From the NCBI GenBank assembly GCA_041640655.1, contig JBEPZV010000024.1:1-37681 (forward strand): a stretch of DNA of 37,681 nt, given 5' to 3'. This DNA is from a bacterium (GTDB taxonomy: Bacteria; Acidobacteriota; Blastocatellia; HR10). A program made the position numbers and the translations under genes. Shown here one piece after another: positions 36,702 through 37,681 of this stretch. Each line of letters opens with the position of its first letter. Positions within the stretch are counted from its first letter, which is position 1. The notes beneath the pieces are model-generated. The model was not told where the DNA came from. It searched no databases and worked only from the letters and a program-made list of their open reading frames with translations.

Positions 36702-37033
36702 TCGAGAGAGCCTCAGCTTACAAACGCTCCCGCGAGGCATTGGGGGAGGCGCCGAGAATTCGCGAGGGGATCATCCCGCGGCGGCGTTCCTCGAATTGAT
36801 CGGGGGCACGCGCGGCTGTGCACGTGCTCTCCCCGTGCACGGGCTCATGATCGGGGCGGCCAATTGAGAGACGTTCTGTGAGATCGTTTTTGCCTTCCGT
36901 GCGCCGCCGCTCATCCTGGTCGGTGTGACCTTCACCGCGCTCAGGGAGATATGCGGCGGATGCTCCCGGCGCGGCGGGCCGCTCGGCGGGCGCCGGCTCT
37001 GGCGGTGTGGGGGCTCTGCAGCTTGGGATCGGT

Positions 37034-37043
37034 TGCGTATAAT
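37034..37043 (+). promoter_or_regulatory. -10 element, near-leaderless, for cupin gene
   Basis: Perfect TATAAT (37038-37043) in GC-rich DNA, 9 nt before ATG 37053. Confidence 0.5.
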
Positions 37044-37052
37044 TCAGGACCT

Positions 37053-37355
37053 ATGCACATCGAGAGAGGGAAATGGCCGAGGAGAGATCCGGAGGAGATC
37101 GCGCGGGATTGGGCGGCGCGCGGCTTCTCCTGCGACGTGTGGACGGACCCGCCCGGTCGGCGCTGGGAGGATTTCGTGCACAGCGTGGATGAGCTGGTGA
37201 CGCCGCTCGATGCGCCGATCGAGGTGGAATGGGAGGGGGAAGTGGCGCAGCTTGAGCCTGGTGATGAGTGGTACATCCCTCGCGGGACCCGCCATTCCGT
37301 GCGGAACACGAGTGGTCGGACGGCTCATTGGCTTTACGGATACAAACGTCGCTGA
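37053..37355 (+). CDS. small cupin-domain protein
   Basis: D.PG..W..FVH..DE.V and LEPGDEWYIPRGTRHSVRN cupin motifs. Confidence 0.82.
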   Translation: MHIERGKWPRRDPEEIARDWAARGFSCDVWTDPPGRRWEDFVHSVDELVTPLDAPIEVEWEGEVAQLEPGDEWYIPRGTRHSVRNTSGRTAHWLYGYKRR

Positions 37356-37603
37356 GCGCGAGACACGCGTGCTCAAACGTGGGGATGTGGCCGCACGGTC
37401 GGCTCGGGCCGTAGTCAGGCGCAAGGCATCAGGCGCAGATGTGCTCCCCACGCGCGCCGTGGAGGGTCTCTTCTAGGGGGGGAGCGTCCTTGCCGCCTCG
37501 CATCATCCGCGCGCGAGCACGGCGACGCGCGCATTCTCCCCAGGAGGCGATGTGTCCTCCTCTCGTTTGGGGGCGTGCGGGTTTGGTACAATCTTCCCTG
37601 CCT

Positions 37604-37681
37604 ATGACGGAACCAAGACGGGCGTCCGTTCAAGCCTGGGTCGTGATTCTGAGCCTCTCGGCGGTGACGCTCATCGCCTTC
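37604..37681 (+). CDS. N-terminus of a probable membrane or exported protein, truncated by window edge
   Basis: MTEPRRASVQAWVVILSLSAVTLIAF...: basic N-terminus plus hydrophobic stretch, preceded by extended -10 TGGTACAAT (37584-37592). Confidence 0.5.
   Translation, partial: MTEPRRASVQAWVVILSLSAVTLIAF

Overview
High-GC (~65% by eye) chromosomal segment. Gene content and style (two Oar-like TonB-dependent receptors, secreted beta-propellers, split gcvPA/gcvPB, trmI) suggest a thermophilic Acidobacteriota-type bacterium (inference). It holds about 31 genes: the 3' end of an RNase G/E gene, a TonB-dependent receptor, a VKOR-DsbA fusion, a CPBP protease, a PPOX-family oxidoreductase, a group II decarboxylase plus archaeal-type phosphoglycerate mutase, gcvT-H-PA-PB, EamA/DUF72/pgeF, acpS, a PD40 propeller plus patatin, two paralogous BNR propellers, a collagen-kelch protein, TlpA plus ThiS, a Fur/PerR regulator, a speA / DHS-like / speB / trmI cluster, a second TonB receptor, a tandem-repeat coiled-coil PD-(D/E)XK protein, a cupin and a truncated ORF. 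I found no rRNA, tRNA, CRISPR array, integrase or transposase. Most notable: (1) the deoxyhypusine-synthase-like protein in the polyamine cluster lacks the catalytic Lys (SWGK to SWGA) and may be a pseudoenzyme; (2) pgeF and acpS diverge from one shared CATG with no intergenic DNA; (3) ThiS ends GGG-T and so appears blocked; (4) the collagen-stalked kelch propeller has near-identical framework DNA and variable loops; (5) the nuclease has a 96-bp repeat array with 192-bp higher-order structure; (6) several genes look leaderless. All family calls come from motifs recognised by eye, without database searches.
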